Assembly (NCBI GenBank): GCA_965208535.1
Contig: CBDBOU010000003.1
Span: 132,638-196,637, forward strand
Length of the DNA stretch: 64,000 nt
Source: Vicinamibacterales bacterium
GTDB lineage: Bacteria; Acidobacteriota; Vicinamibacteria; Vicinamibacterales; UBA8438
Direction of reading: 5' to 3'
Shown here: in pieces, positions 20,205 to 33,832 of the stretch
How positions within the stretch are numbered: position 1 is the first letter of the stretch
Layout of the letters: each line of letters begins with the position of its first letter
Position numbers and translations under genes: made by a program
Notes under the pieces: generated by a model
What the model saw: only the letters and a program-made list of their open reading frames with translations
The model's database searches: none
What the model was told of the DNA's origin: nothing

Positions 20205-20304
20205 CGAGCGCCGCTCGAGGACGCCGGCAAGTCATCGTCAGGTCGGCCGCCACCTGCACGCGGTCAACGTGGAATAGCGAGCGCCGCTTGAGGACGCCGG
20301 CAAG
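20196..20304 (+). repeat. 36-bp direct repeat pair separated by 37 bp; first copy contains the imuB stop
   Basis: GTGGAATAGCGAGCGCCGCTYGAGGACGCCGGCAAG at 20196-20231 and 20269-20304; degenerate third copy follows. Confidence 0.85.
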
Positions 20305-20393
20305 GGCCGGTGGAGCAGGGGCGCCTCTCGAGAACGGCGCGGCGCGCGGAGTTCCACCTCAAGGGCGGCGTGCCCGTCGATACGATGCAAGTG

Positions 20394-23702
<3,309 letters not shown>

Positions 23703-23816
23703 CGCTGCCCACCTTCGGTGTAGCGGTCGGACATGTTTCTGCGGCGCGGCCTCCCAGCCGCCCGTGTCGCCTTACTGGCGCGGGAATTGCTTCACACCCC
23801 AGCAGGACGAGGCATA

Positions 23817-24398
23817 ATGACTCACGAATCCGGAGCCCAAACAATGACGGTCCCAGGCCGGGTCATGACGGCGGAAGAGTTGATTCGCCTGCCCGACGAC
23901 AACTGTCGTTACGCCCTCGTCGGAGGGGAGTTGCAGCGGATGAACCCGGCAGGATTCGAACATGGCGCCGTCATCGTCAACCTGACCATTCCTCTGGGAC
24001 AGCATGTGAAGGCGCACCGGCTCGGCGTGGTTTGCGGCGCGGAGACCGGCTTCGTCCTGGCCAGGGACCCCGACACGGTGCTCGCGCCCGACATCGCGTT
24101 CGTCCGTCGCGACCGCGTGCCGGCGACCGGCCGCCCGACGTTCTTCTGGGAGGGCGCGCCGGATCTGGCGGTGGAGGTGACCTCGCCGGGGGATTCGCGC
24201 CCCGAGGTCGCCAGGAAGGTCGAGGCCTGGCTGTCGGCCGGAACCCTGGTTGTCTGGGTCGTGGATCCGAAGCATGCCTCGTTGGCGATTCACGAGCCCG
24301 GCCGGGCGGTCCGCCGCCTTGGCGAATCGGATACGCTGGACGGCGCCCCGTTGCTGCCGGGCTTCACCCTTCCGGTGCGCGAGATCTTCGCCCCCTAG
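23817..24398 (+). CDS. Uma2-family (PD-(D/E)xK-like) protein
   Basis: ELVGGEL, PDIAFV, PDLAVEVTSP, VWVVDP, LLPGF. Confidence 0.9.
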   Translation: MTHESGAQTMTVPGRVMTAEELIRLPDDNCRYALVGGELQRMNPAGFEHGAVIVNLTIPLGQHVKAHRLGVVCGAETGFVLARDPDTVLAPDIAFVRRDRVPATGRPTFFWEGAPDLAVEVTSPGDSRPEVARKVEAWLSAGTLVVWVVDPKHASLAIHEPGRAVRRLGESDTLDGAPLLPGFTLPVREIFAP

Positions 24399-24560
24399 GA
24401 GTCCGGGGTGAAACCCCGCGTAGCACCGAGAGCGGCGAGGCGCCCGCGTGGCAAGGCGCGACGAGGGACCATATTGGGCATATTCGACCGAGGAGCAACG
24501 CAGTCCACGCGGGATGCATCGCCGCTCGAATGCAGCGGGGCTTTTGCCACGGGCTCCTAG
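24395..24560 (+). mobile_element. 166-bp MITE with CTAG termini, starting at the Uma2 stop codon
   Basis: Imperfect TIRs CTAGGAGTCCGGGGTGAAACCCCG / CTAGGAGCCCGTGGCAAAAGCCCCG; close copy at 41664-41829. Confidence 0.85.
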
Positions 24561-24615
24561 ATGGTAGACGGGGTTGGCCCGCGCCCCGCGTGGTCTCGCT
24601 CGTGCGCCGAGCGGG

Positions 24616-25497
24616 CTACTCTTCCACGTCGTCCACGAACTCGAAGTCGCGCCACTGCCGGAACTCCGAGCGGCGCGTACGGCTGAAAATGACGCGCACG
24701 TCGCTGTAGCTCTCGAACTGGATGCGCGCCCAGATGTCGCCGAGCACGGGGCTCCGGTCGAGTGAGCCGCGGGCCTGCTGTATGGAGCCGAGCACGCCCC
24801 ACCAGAGCCGCACGCGGTCGATCAGCTCGAACTCGACGCGCGCCGGCTCGTGGGTGTCGCGGTCGATCCAGACCCGCCCGCGCGCCTTGTTGAGCGCGTA
24901 GTCGATGCGGCGGCGCACCGGGAGGCGGCCCGGACGGGGCTCGAACGCTATGCGGTAGCTCGGGCGGCCACGAAACAGCTCCTCGCCCTCGAGGGTGAAC
25001 AGGTACCGCGCCACAAGCTCCTCGTTGAAGATGATGGCGTTCTCGTCCTCCTCGGGCTCGTCTTCCTCCTCGCGCAGCCGGCGCAGCTCCTCGCGGAACT
25101 CCGCCTCGCGTTCGTCTTCCCAGTCGCGCTCCTCCCGACTGAGCGGCCGGCCGCCGATCGTCAGCCGCCGCTCGAAGGGCACGCCGTCGATGGGCACCAC
25201 CTCGTAGTCGCCGACGTCCCGGGTGCGCACGTCGCCGTTGCCGTCGAACCGCCGGACCTCCTTCGTCATCCGCGCCCGGAAGCGTGCGGCGACGTTCTGC
25301 TCGTCGTACCAGACGGCGCGTTCGAGCGCCTCGAAGATGAGCGCGCGGGCGGCATCGTCCCCGCCGGCCGGCGGCTGCGCAGCCGGATTCCCCCCTCCGA
25401 GCCAGACGCCGGCGAGTACCGGCAGCAATGCAAGGAGACCCCGGCAAAGGCCCTGCCGCAATCGACTCCGACGCCCTCCCGGCCACCATCGACCCAT
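24616..25497 (-). CDS. Secreted/periplasmic hypothetical protein (beta-rich, lipoprotein-sorting/MucB-like fold possible)
   Basis: Signal-like N-terminus; GRVWIDRDTHEPARVE motif. Confidence 0.65.
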   Translation of the reverse strand: MGRWWPGGRRSRLRQGLCRGLLALLPVLAGVWLGGGNPAAQPPAGGDDAARALIFEALERAVWYDEQNVAARFRARMTKEVRRFDGNGDVRTRDVGDYEVVPIDGVPFERRLTIGGRPLSREERDWEDEREAEFREELRRLREEEDEPEEDENAIIFNEELVARYLFTLEGEELFRGRPSYRIAFEPRPGRLPVRRRIDYALNKARGRVWIDRDTHEPARVEFELIDRVRLWWGVLGSIQQARGSLDRSPVLGDIWARIQFESYSDVRVIFSRTRRSEFRQWRDFEFVDDVEE

Positions 25498-25595
25498 CGG
25501 ATCATTTTGACCGATGCCGCTCGCGCGTGTCGTGCCGCTGGCCAGCGGGCGCTCGCACCGCCGTCGGCGAAGCGGACGCGGGACTCTGGCGGAAC

Positions 25596-25740
25596 ACCCG
25601 GTGGCCGGGTCGGCCCACCTTGCGGAAGGCGACCTTCCCCAGGCCCGGGACGTGCTCATCGTGAACCCGGTGGCCGGGTCAGCCCACCTTGCGAAAGGGG
25701 ACCTTCCAGGCCCGGGACGTGCTCATCGTGAACCCGGTGA
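25596..25740. repeat. ~67-69-bp tandem duplication of the 3' end of the serine hydrolase gene
   Basis: Units 25596-25664 and 25665-25731, near-identical. Confidence 0.85.
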
Positions 25741-27448
25741 CCGCTTCGCTCTCGCGGAGGAAGGTGAAGTACCACCCGCCCCCGTAGAAGCCGTCCTCGA
25801 ACGTGGGGAGGAGCCGGATGCGGCCCAGCTTGCGGTGCGAGAGCACCAGGCGCCGGTCTTCTTCCCGGAAGCGGTACTGCACGTCGAGGTCGTCGCTGTG
25901 GTACGACCCCGCGTACTCGGCCAGCCGCTCGGCGGGGAGCCGAACGATCGGCGCGGCGTGCGTGTAGACCCCGCGCAGGGGTCCGCTGAGGCGCAGCGTC
26001 GGTCCGCCGCGTGTGCCGCCCGATTCGAACGTCGCCAGACCGCTGGTACCGACAATCCGGAATCTTCCGTCGGCGGATGGACCCGCGGCCGGGAGCGGCC
26101 GGAGCGGCCGGCCGGCGCCGCCCTCGACCAGCAGCAGGTCGTCGCCGCGGGCCACGATCTGCAGGGGAACGTCGTGCTCCGCGCGCAGGTAGAACCCGGC
26201 CAGGGCGGCCAGCGCCGCGCGGTCGGGTACGGCGCGCGAAGCATCATCGCCCGCGGACCGCTCCGCCGGCGGGCTCGGCCGACTCGTCGTTCGTCGGCCC
26301 GCGTCCGGGCTCGGCGCCGGCGGCAGGAAGACGTCGGCCACGTCGCGCGCCAGACGGCCCGGGTCGGCCGTCCGGACGTTGCACAGCACCGCGACGCCGA
26401 GGTCCTCGTCGGGAAAGCGCAGGAACTCGCCGCGGTACCCGGCGTCGGTGCCGCCGTGCCCGATGGTCGACCGGCCGCGGTGCGCCCCGTGCACCAGCCC
26501 GAATCCGTAGGAGATGCGCGCCCCGCCGGCCAGGGTTCCCAGCTCCTGGAGCTGCCGGAGCACGTCGCGGCCGCCGACCTCTCCGGTGCGGAAGTTCCGG
26601 TTCCAGCGCGCGAGGTCCTGCACCGTGGTGAAGAGGCTCGAGGCCCCGACCACGGCGAAGTCCGGGATGCTCAGGCGATAGCCGCCCGCGCGGTCGGACT
26701 CGTAGGCGTAGGCGCGGTTCCTGACGAGCATCGTGTGATCGTCGCGGAACGTGGTCTGCGTCATGCCGAGCGGCTCGAACAGGCGCTCGGTGGTGAACTC
26801 CCGCAGCGTCCGGCCCGACACACGCTCGACGACGACGGCCAGCAGGGTATAGCCGGAGTTGCTGTACAGGTAGTCGCTGCCGGGACGGAAGTGGACGCCG
26901 GTCTGCCGCGAGAGCAGGTCGAGCACGTCGCCCTGGGTGATGACGTCGCCCTGCCAGCGCCACCCCGCCATCTGCAGCAGGCTCCACTGGTCGCGAATCC
27001 CGCTGGTATGGTGGGCGAGATGCCGGAGCATGATGGTGTCGCCGAAGTCCGGCAGCTCGGGCACGTAGTCCCGGATGTCGTCGTCCCACGAGACCCGGCC
27101 GTCGTCGACGAGCAGCGCCACCGCCAGGGCCGTGAACTGCTTGGACACGGAGGCGACGTGGAAGACTGACGACGGCGTGATCGGAACGTCGTACTCGAGG
27201 TTGGCGTCGCCGTAGCCCTTCGCGAGCAGGATCTCGCCGCCCTGCATGACGGACACGGCGCAGCCGGGCGCCGCGCGCGCGGACCAGGGCTCGAAGATCA
27301 GGTCGAGGCGGTCTTCCGGTGTGTTGCTCTGCCGGGCCAGCGGCACGATCGCCAGCGCGATTGCGAGGCAGGCCGCACCCGCAACGCAGACGGTGATGCG
27401 CGACCGCCGGTGCGGAGCTGGCATCTGGCTCAGTGTAGCAGCCCGCAT
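25679..27448 (-). CDS. Serine hydrolase, beta-lactamase class C/PBP family
   Basis: SVSK (SxxK), YSN, HGG; N-terminal transmembrane/signal segment. Confidence 0.9.
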   Translation of the reverse strand: MRAATLSQMPAPHRRSRITVCVAGAACLAIALAIVPLARQSNTPEDRLDLIFEPWSARAAPGCAVSVMQGGEILLAKGYGDANLEYDVPITPSSVFHVASVSKQFTALAVALLVDDGRVSWDDDIRDYVPELPDFGDTIMLRHLAHHTSGIRDQWSLLQMAGWRWQGDVITQGDVLDLLSRQTGVHFRPGSDYLYSNSGYTLLAVVVERVSGRTLREFTTERLFEPLGMTQTTFRDDHTMLVRNRAYAYESDRAGGYRLSIPDFAVVGASSLFTTVQDLARWNRNFRTGEVGGRDVLRQLQELGTLAGGARISYGFGLVHGAHRGRSTIGHGGTDAGYRGEFLRFPDEDLGVAVLCNVRTADPGRLARDVADVFLPPAPSPDAGRRTTSRPSPPAERSAGDDASRAVPDRAALAALAGFYLRAEHDVPLQIVARGDDLLLVEGGAGRPLRPLPAAGPSADGRFRIVGTSGLATFESGGTRGGPTLRLSGPLRGVYTHAAPIVRLPAERLAEYAGSYHSDDLDVQYRFREEDRRLVLSHRKLGRIRLLPTFEDGFYGGGWYFTFLRESEAVTGFTMSTSRAWKVPFRKVG

Positions 27449-27487
27449 CTTCGTGTCCTGTCCCTTGGCAGGCGTCTGGAATCTAAA

Positions 27488-27515
27488 TGTTAACGCCATG
27501 TAAAATTTTTGTTAA
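27488..27515. promoter_or_regulatory. Three hexamer direct repeats with 11-bp period (OmpR/PhoB-type box candidate)
   Basis: TGTTAA 27488, TGTAAA 27499, TGTTAA 27510 in a divergent intergenic region. Confidence 0.55.
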
Positions 27516-27619
27516 GAACGAGTTTACGGGTGGGGGACCGGAAGCCCGTTCCTGCGCCGCCCGGCGCAAGTCTTGAAGGCGGCGCGCGCGATTCGCTATC
27601 CTGTTCGACTGAACGAGCC

Positions 27620-28471
27620 ATGACTGCCGAGCCAATGCCGGTGATGATCGAGGCGAGCGGGCTTTCCAAGTACTACGGGGCCTTCGTCGCGGTTGAGGAC
27701 ATCTCTTTCTCCATACCCCAGGGGCAGGTCGTCGCGTTCCTCGGTCCGAACGGCGCCGGGAAGACGACGATGATGCGAATGCTGACCGGATACCTCGCGC
27801 CGAGTGCGGGGGAGGCCGCCATCGCCGGTCACGACCTCCGGCGGGATCGCATCGCCGCGTCGCAGCGTCTCGGTTACCTGCCGGAGAACGGCCCCATGTA
27901 TCCCGACATGACGCCGCTGGAGTTGCTGCGCTTCTTCGGGGAGGCGCGGCGAATGGCGCCGGCGACGCTGCAGGAGCGGGTGGAGGCGGTCGTCGAGCTG
28001 TGCGCGCTCGAGCTGGTGACCGAGAAGCCGATCGGCAAGCTGTCGCGGGGCTACCGGCAGCGCGTCGGCATGGCGCAGGCGCTGCTTCACGATCCGGACG
28101 TGCTGATAATGGACGAGCCGACCGCCGGTCTCGATCCCAATCAGATCCGGCAGTTCCGCGAGAACATCCAGCGCCTCGGGCGGACCAAGACGCTCTTGAT
28201 ATCGACCCACATCCTGCACGAGGCCGACGCGGTTGCCGATCGCGTGCTGCTGGTCAACAACGGTCGCCTGGTGTTCGACGGTCCGGTCGAGGAGCTGAAG
28301 GAGAACGGGTCGCTGGAGCAGCCGTTCTACCGCCTGACCGGCCACGGCGCCCTGCTGCCGGGCGACAACGGCGCGACGGAGCAGGACGGAAGCGACGCGG
28401 ACGCCGCCCCGAGCGCGGACTCGGGCGGGACCGGTGTTCAGGCCGAGGGGGAAAGTTCGTCGGAGACGTGA
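27620..28471 (+). CDS. ABC transporter ATP-binding protein (GldA-like)
   Basis: GPNGAGKT, LSRGYRQ, IMDEPT, STH. Confidence 0.93.
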   Translation: MTAEPMPVMIEASGLSKYYGAFVAVEDISFSIPQGQVVAFLGPNGAGKTTMMRMLTGYLAPSAGEAAIAGHDLRRDRIAASQRLGYLPENGPMYPDMTPLELLRFFGEARRMAPATLQERVEAVVELCALELVTEKPIGKLSRGYRQRVGMAQALLHDPDVLIMDEPTAGLDPNQIRQFRENIQRLGRTKTLLISTHILHEADAVADRVLLVNNGRLVFDGPVEELKENGSLEQPFYRLTGHGALLPGDNGATEQDGSDADAAPSADSGGTGVQAEGESSSET

Positions 28472-28478
28472 GGTGGCG

Positions 28479-31400
28479 ATGGGAGGCACACTCAACACGG
28501 CGGTCGTCAGCGCCCTGGCGCGCCGGGATCTGCGGATGTACTTCAGCAGTCCCAGCGGCTACGTCTTCATCACGCTGTTCATCTTCCTGAGCGCGGCGGC
28601 GGCGTTCTGGCAGGACCGGTTCTTCCTGCAGAACCTGGCCAACCTCGATCAGTTGAACGGGGTGTTCCCGTACCTGCTGCTCTTCTTCATTCCCGCCCTG
28701 ACCATGGGGGTCTGGTCGGAGGAGAAGAAGCTGGGAACGGACGAGCTGCTGCTCACGCTGCCGGGCACGGACCTGGAGGTGGTGCTCGGCAAGTACCTGG
28801 CGGTGCTCGGCATCTATACCGCGTCGCTGGTGCTGTCGCTCAGCTACGTCGCGGTGCTCTTCTACCTGGGCACGCCGGATCTCGGCCTGATGCTGAGCAA
28901 CTACGTGGGCTACTGGTTCGTCGGGGCCGCGCTCATCGCGGTCGGCATGCTCGCGTCGCTGCTGACCCGCAACGCCACGGTGGCGTTCATCGCCGCCGGT
29001 CTGTTATGCGCGGTGCTGGTCGTGGCCGGCCCGGCCGCCTCGGGCGTTGCGCCGGGCCTCGGACGGGCGGTGGAGGCGCTCGGCGTGTTCCTGCACTTCG
29101 ACGACTTCGCCAAGGGCATCATCAGCCTGAGCGCGCTGGTCTACTTCGTGTCGATAGGCGCGTTCTTCCTCTACCTGAACGTGCTGGTCCTGAGCCGCCG
29201 GCACTGGCCCGGCCGCGCGGACGGCTATCCGATGGGCCTGCACCACGCCGTGCGCGGCATCGCGGTGGCGGCCGCCCTGATCAGCGCGGGCGTGCTGGTG
29301 ACGAACCGCAGCGTGCGCATCGACGTCACCGCCGAGCAGTTGCACTCGCTCAGCGGCGAGACGCGCCGGCTGCTCGACGAGCTGCCCGCCGACCGGCCGG
29401 TCTTCATCCAGGCGTTCGTCAGTCCCGACGTGCCGGAGCCGTTCGTGCAGACGCGTTCCAATCTCATCAGCATCCTCGAGGAGATCGACGTCCTCGCGGG
29501 CCCGCGGGTGGAAGTGCTGATCCAGGACACGGAGCCGTTCAGCGACGCGGCGCGCGAGGCGCGCGAGACCTTCGGCATCCAGCCGCGGCCGGTCCGCAAC
29601 GTCAGCACCGCCCGGTCCGAGGTGGAGGACGTGTTCCTCGGGGTGGCGTTCACGTCCGGCGCCGAGGAGCAGGTGATCGGCTTCTTCGACGTGGGGCTGC
29701 CGGCCGAGTACGAGATCATGCGGAGCATCCGGGTGGTCGCCGGCACCGAGCGGAAGCGGGTCGGTGTCGTGACGACGATGGCCAACCTCTTCGGCGGAAC
29801 CAACTTCCAGCGCAACCAGTTCACGCCGCAGTGGTCCGTCGTCACCGAGCTGCGCAAGCAGTACGACGTCGTCGAGATCAGCCCGGAGATGGCGATCGGC
29901 CAGGACGTCGACGCGCTGCTCGTGCCGCTGCCCTCTTCGCTGCAGACCGACGAGCAGGGCTTCGTGGCCGACTACATCCGGTCCGGCAAGCCCGCGCTCG
30001 TCCTGGTCGATCCGCTGCCGGCGGTGAACCCGACGCTGTCGCCCTCGGAATGGGTCGGCGACGGGAACCCCTTCACCTACCCGCCCGGGCAGCCGCGGCC
30101 CGGCCCGCGCGGCAACGTGCGCGAGTGGATCCGGAACCTGGGGGTCGACTGGGAGCCGACCCGGATCGTCTGGGACGCCTACAACCCGCATCCCGAGCTG
30201 GCCCACATGCCGGAGGACGTCGTCTTCCTCGGGGCCGGCAACGAGAACCCGGCGACCTTCAACGCCGACGACCCCATGACGGCGCAGCTCCAGGAGCTGG
30301 TCCTCCTCTTTCCCGGGTTCCTGGCGGCCGTCGACGACCCGCGCTTCGAGTTCGAGCCGCTGCTGCGGTCGGGCATGGTGTCGGGCGCCAACGGCTACTT
30401 CTCGCTCGTGCGCGGCACGCCGTTCGGCCCGCAGGTGAATCCCAGCCCGCCGCGCCGGCAGGACGACGAGGACTACATCGTCGCGGCCCGGATCCGGTCG
30501 GTGCGCGGCGATGCCGCGGAGGACGTCCCGGCGGATGCGGATGATGCGGGCGCGGTGGATGGAGCGCAGGAGGAGGCCGGGGAGGCGCCTGCCGACGGTG
30601 CGGCCGACGCGGACGACGCCGGCGGCGAGACGACCGCGGCGGAGGAAGCGGTTGCCGAGCCGGAGCCCGGGACCGACGTCGCCGAGTCGCCGGAAGCGGC
30701 TGAAGCACCGGCTGACGAACCGTCTCCCGAGGGGGAGCCGGGCGCGGAGCCCGATTCCGAGGCGGAAGAGACCGAGTCAACCGAGCCGGCGGAACCGGCG
30801 GCCGAAGAAACCGAGGCGGAGCCCGGCGTGGAAGAGGCACTGGAGATAGCCGAGACAACCACGGACGAGGCAGAACCCTCCGAGCCGCCCGCCACGCAAC
30901 CGGACGAGGCGGCCGGGACCGAACAGGAGGAGCCGGAGGCCGCCGAGTCCACGGAGACAACCAGCGAGGCTTCGGCCTCCGAGACCGCGGAGTCCTCCGC
31001 GAGCCAGACCGCCGAGCCGGCCGAGTCGGCTGAGCCGCAGGAGTCGCAGCCTGAACCGGTCGAATCTGAGGCAACGCCCGCCGAGGCGCAGGAGCCTTCC
31101 GCCGCGGAAGCCGCCGCCGAGGAGGCGACCGAGCCGGAGTCCGCCGCCGCCGAGACTCCCGAGCCGGAGACGACCGGCGACATCGACATCATCGTCGTCG
31201 CCGACCTCGACTTCATCAGCGAGCAGTTCTTCCAGATCCGCGAGCAGGCGCCGGGCGGCCTGAACTTCGACAACATCACGTTCTTCCTGAACGCGATGGA
31301 CACGCTGCTCGGCGAGGACGCGTTCATCGACCTGCGCAGCCGGCGCGCCCGCCACCGGACCCTGGAGCGGGTCGAGGCGCAGACCGCCGAGTTCATAGAG

Positions 31401-31790
31401 CAGCGCACGGCCGAGGAGCAGCAGGCCGAGGCGGATGCCGAGCAGGCGCTGACCGAGGCGCAACAGCGCCTGAACGACCGCGTGGCGGAGCTGCAGGGCC
31501 GCGCCGACATCGACGCGCAGACCCGCCAGATCATGGTGCGCAACCTCGAAGAGGTGGAAAACCGGCGGCTCGAGGTGCTGTCGGCCAACATCGAGACCGA
31601 GAAGGACACCCGCATCCAGGCCAGCCGCGAGAACATGGAGGCGCAGATCCGCCGGATCCAGACCTCCATCAAGACGTTCGCGATCCTGCTGCCGCCGGTG
31701 CCGGTGGTCCTGCTGGGCATCGCCATCTTCGTCCGGCGGAACCGGCGCGAGCGCGAGGGCGCGGCGGCCGCCCACCGGTTGCGGGAATAG
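28479..31790 (+). CDS. ABC permease fused to GldG-like periplasmic domain, with long acidic low-complexity insert
   Basis: GldF-like N-terminus ([19 protein letters not shown]); GldG-like domain; E/A/P/T-rich insert at ~30500-31180; coiled coil and C-terminal transmembrane helix. Confidence 0.88.
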   Translation: MGGTLNTAVVSALARRDLRMYFSSPSGYVFITLFIFLSAAAAFWQDRFFLQNLANLDQLNGVFPYLLLFFIPALTMGVWSEEKKLGTDELLLTLPGTDLEVVLGKYLAVLGIYTASLVLSLSYVAVLFYLGTPDLGLMLSNYVGYWFVGAALIAVGMLASLLTRNATVAFIAAGLLCAVLVVAGPAASGVAPGLGRAVEALGVFLHFDDFAKGIISLSALVYFVSIGAFFLYLNVLVLSRRHWPGRADGYPMGLHHAVRGIAVAAALISAGVLVTNRSVRIDVTAEQLHSLSGETRRLLDELPADRPVFIQAFVSPDVPEPFVQTRSNLISILEEIDVLAGPRVEVLIQDTEPFSDAAREARETFGIQPRPVRNVSTARSEVEDVFLGVAFTSGAEEQVIGFFDVGLPAEYEIMRSIRVVAGTERKRVGVVTTMANLFGGTNFQRNQFTPQWSVVTELRKQYDVVEISPEMAIGQDVDALLVPLPSSLQTDEQGFVADYIRSGKPALVLVDPLPAVNPTLSPSEWVGDGNPFTYPPGQPRPGPRGNVREWIRNLGVDWEPTRIVWDAYNPHPELAHMPEDVVFLGAGNENPATFNADDPMTAQLQELVLLFPGFLAAVDDPRFEFEPLLRSGMVSGANGYFSLVRGTPFGPQVNPSPPRRQDDEDYIVAARIRSVRGDAAEDVPADADDAGAVDGAQEEAGEAPADGAADADDAGGETTAAEEAVAEPEPGTDVAESPEAAEAPADEPSPEGEPGAEPDSEAEETESTEPAEPAAEETEAEPGVEEALEIAETTTDEAEPSEPPATQPDEAAGTEQEEPEAAESTETTSEASASETAESSASQTAEPAESAEPQESQPEPVESEATPAEAQEPSAAEAAAEEATEPESAAAETPEPETTGDIDIIVVADLDFISEQFFQIREQAPGGLNFDNITFFLNAMDTLLGEDAFIDLRSRRARHRTLERVEAQTAEFIEQRTAEEQQAEADAEQALTEAQQRLNDRVAELQGRADIDAQTRQIMVRNLEEVENRRLEVLSANIETEKDTRIQASRENMEAQIRRIQTSIKTFAILLPPVPVVLLGIAIFVRRNRREREGAAAAHRLRE

Positions 31791-31807
31791 ACGGGAGCCG
31801 ACCGCAC

Positions 31808-33205
31808 ATGGGACAGACGCTTCTGCAGAAGGCCTGGGATCTGCACACCGTCCGGCGGCTCCCGTCGGGCCAGACGCAGCTCTTCATCGGGCTGCACCTG
31901 ATCCACGAGGTGACGACGCCGCAGGCGTTCGACATGCTGCGCCAGCGGGGCATCGGGGTGGCGTTTCCGGAGCGCACCTACGCCACCGTCGACCACATCG
32001 TGCCGACCCTCGATCAGACGCGGCCGTTCGCCGACGAGCTGGCCGAGCAGATGATGGCGGCGCTCGAGCGCAACTGCCGCGAGTTCGGCATCCGGTTCTC
32101 GGATCTGAGCACCGACCGGCAGGGCATCGTCCACGTCATCGGCCCCGAGCTCGGCCTGACCCAGCCGGGCATGACCATCGCCTGCGGCGACAGCCACACG
32201 TCGACCCACGGCGCGTTCGGGGCGGTGGCGTTCGGTATCGGGACCTCGCAGGTGCGCGACGTGCTGGCGTCGCAGTGCCTGGCCATCGATCCGCTGAAGG
32301 TCCGCCGGATCTCGGTTTCGGGGGCGCTGGGACCGGGCGTCTACGCCAAGGACGTCATTCTCGAGATCATCGCCCGGCTCGGCGTGCGCGGCGGCGTCGG
32401 CTTCGCCTACGAGTACGGCGGCGCGGCGGTCGAGCGGATGGCGATGGACGAGCGGATGACGATGTGCAACATGTCGATCGAGGGCGGCGCCCGGATCGGC
32501 TACGTCAATCCGGACGAGACCACCTTCGCGTACCTGGAGGGGCGCCCGTTCGCACCCTCCGGCGATGCGTTCGAGCGGGCGAAGGCGTGGTGGCGGTCGA
32601 TGGCCTCGGACACCGGCGCGGCCTACGACGACGTCGTCGAGCTCGACGGGGCGGCCATCGAGCCGCGGGTGACCTGGGGCATCAACCCGGGCCAGTCGGT
32701 CGGCGTCTCGGAACGGATTCCGGACCCCGCGGCCGCCGGGTCGGACGCGGGCGCCATCGGCGAGGCGCTCGATTTCATGGGCTTCACGGCCGGCGCGCCC
32801 ATCTCCGGGACCCGGGTCGACGTGGCGTTCGTCGGCTCGTGCACCAACTCGCGGCTGTCGGACCTGCGCGAGGCGGCGCGCATCGCCAGGGGCCACCAGG
32901 TGGCGTCTCACGTCAGGGCGCTCGTCGTTCCGGGCTCGAAGAACGTGCGCCGTGCGGCGGAGGCGGAAGGGCTGCACGAGATCTTCCGGGAGGCGGGCTT
33001 CGAGTGGCGCGGCGCGGGTTGCTCGATGTGCCTGGCGATGAACCCGGACCGCCTGAACGGGCGCGAGGTGTGCGCCTCGTCGTCGAACCGCAACTTCAAG
33101 GGACGGCAGGGAAGCCCGACCGGCCGCACGCTGCTGATGAGTCCGGCGATGGTCGCCGCCGCGGCGGTCAGCGGCGAGGTGACCGACGTGAGGAGCCTGC
33201 TGTGA
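31808..33205 (+). CDS. leuC: 3-isopropylmalate dehydratase large subunit
   Basis: [40 protein letters not shown]. Confidence 0.97.
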   Translation: MGQTLLQKAWDLHTVRRLPSGQTQLFIGLHLIHEVTTPQAFDMLRQRGIGVAFPERTYATVDHIVPTLDQTRPFADELAEQMMAALERNCREFGIRFSDLSTDRQGIVHVIGPELGLTQPGMTIACGDSHTSTHGAFGAVAFGIGTSQVRDVLASQCLAIDPLKVRRISVSGALGPGVYAKDVILEIIARLGVRGGVGFAYEYGGAAVERMAMDERMTMCNMSIEGGARIGYVNPDETTFAYLEGRPFAPSGDAFERAKAWWRSMASDTGAAYDDVVELDGAAIEPRVTWGINPGQSVGVSERIPDPAAAGSDAGAIGEALDFMGFTAGAPISGTRVDVAFVGSCTNSRLSDLREAARIARGHQVASHVRALVVPGSKNVRRAAEAEGLHEIFREAGFEWRGAGCSMCLAMNPDRLNGREVCASSSNRNFKGRQGSPTGRTLLMSPAMVAAAAVSGEVTDVRSLL

Positions 33206-33798
33206 GCGAGCTGAGACCCATCGACCGGATAGAGGGGACCGCCATTCCGTTGCGTGGCAACAACATCGACACAGACCGCATCATCCCCGCCCGCTACCTG
33301 AAGGCGGTCACCTTCGACGGCCTCGGCGAGCACGCTTTCGAGGACGACCGGGCGTCCATGCCCAACCATCCATTCGCCAATCCGGCGTACGCCGGCGCGT
33401 CCATCCTGGTGGTCAACGAGAACTTCGGCTCCGGCTCGTCGCGCGAGCACGCGCCCCAGGCGCTCAAGCGCTGGGGCATCGACGCGTGCGTCGGCCAGTC
33501 GTTCTCCGAGATCTTCCTCGGCAACGCCACGACCATCGGCCTGCCGTGCGCGACGGCCGCACCGGAGGACATCGAGACGCTGATGGCGACCGTCGAGCAG
33601 TCGCCGGCTACGCCGATGGTCCTGAGCGTCGACGCCCAATCCATCGAGGCGGCGGGCCGGGCCGTGCCGCTCGGCATGCCCGCCGCCGTTCGCGATTCGC
33701 TGCTCACGGGGCAGTGGGACGCGACGGGCCTGCTGCTCGCCGACTTCGACGACGTCCGCCGCGTCGCGGCCGGCCTGCCGTACGTCGACGGTTTCTGA
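33202..33798 (+). CDS. leuD: 3-isopropylmalate dehydratase small subunit
   Basis: [21 protein letters not shown]; GTGA overlap with leuC. Confidence 0.96.
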   Translation: MSELRPIDRIEGTAIPLRGNNIDTDRIIPARYLKAVTFDGLGEHAFEDDRASMPNHPFANPAYAGASILVVNENFGSGSSREHAPQALKRWGIDACVGQSFSEIFLGNATTIGLPCATAAPEDIETLMATVEQSPATPMVLSVDAQSIEAAGRAVPLGMPAAVRDSLLTGQWDATGLLLADFDDVRRVAAGLPYVDGF

Positions 33799-33832
33799 GT
33801 CCGGCCGCCAGCCCGACAAGCGTCTCCGGACC

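Noticed and set aside
20196-20304. CRISPR array
   Set aside because: Only two good repeats, the first is the imuB stop region, the third copy follows after ~5 bp, and there is no leader or cas gene in the window; kept only as a repeat finding
27620-31790. Genuine Bacteroidetes-type gliding motility
   Set aside because: GldAFG-like ABC systems are widespread in non-gliding phyla; no other gld/spr/T9SS genes are present
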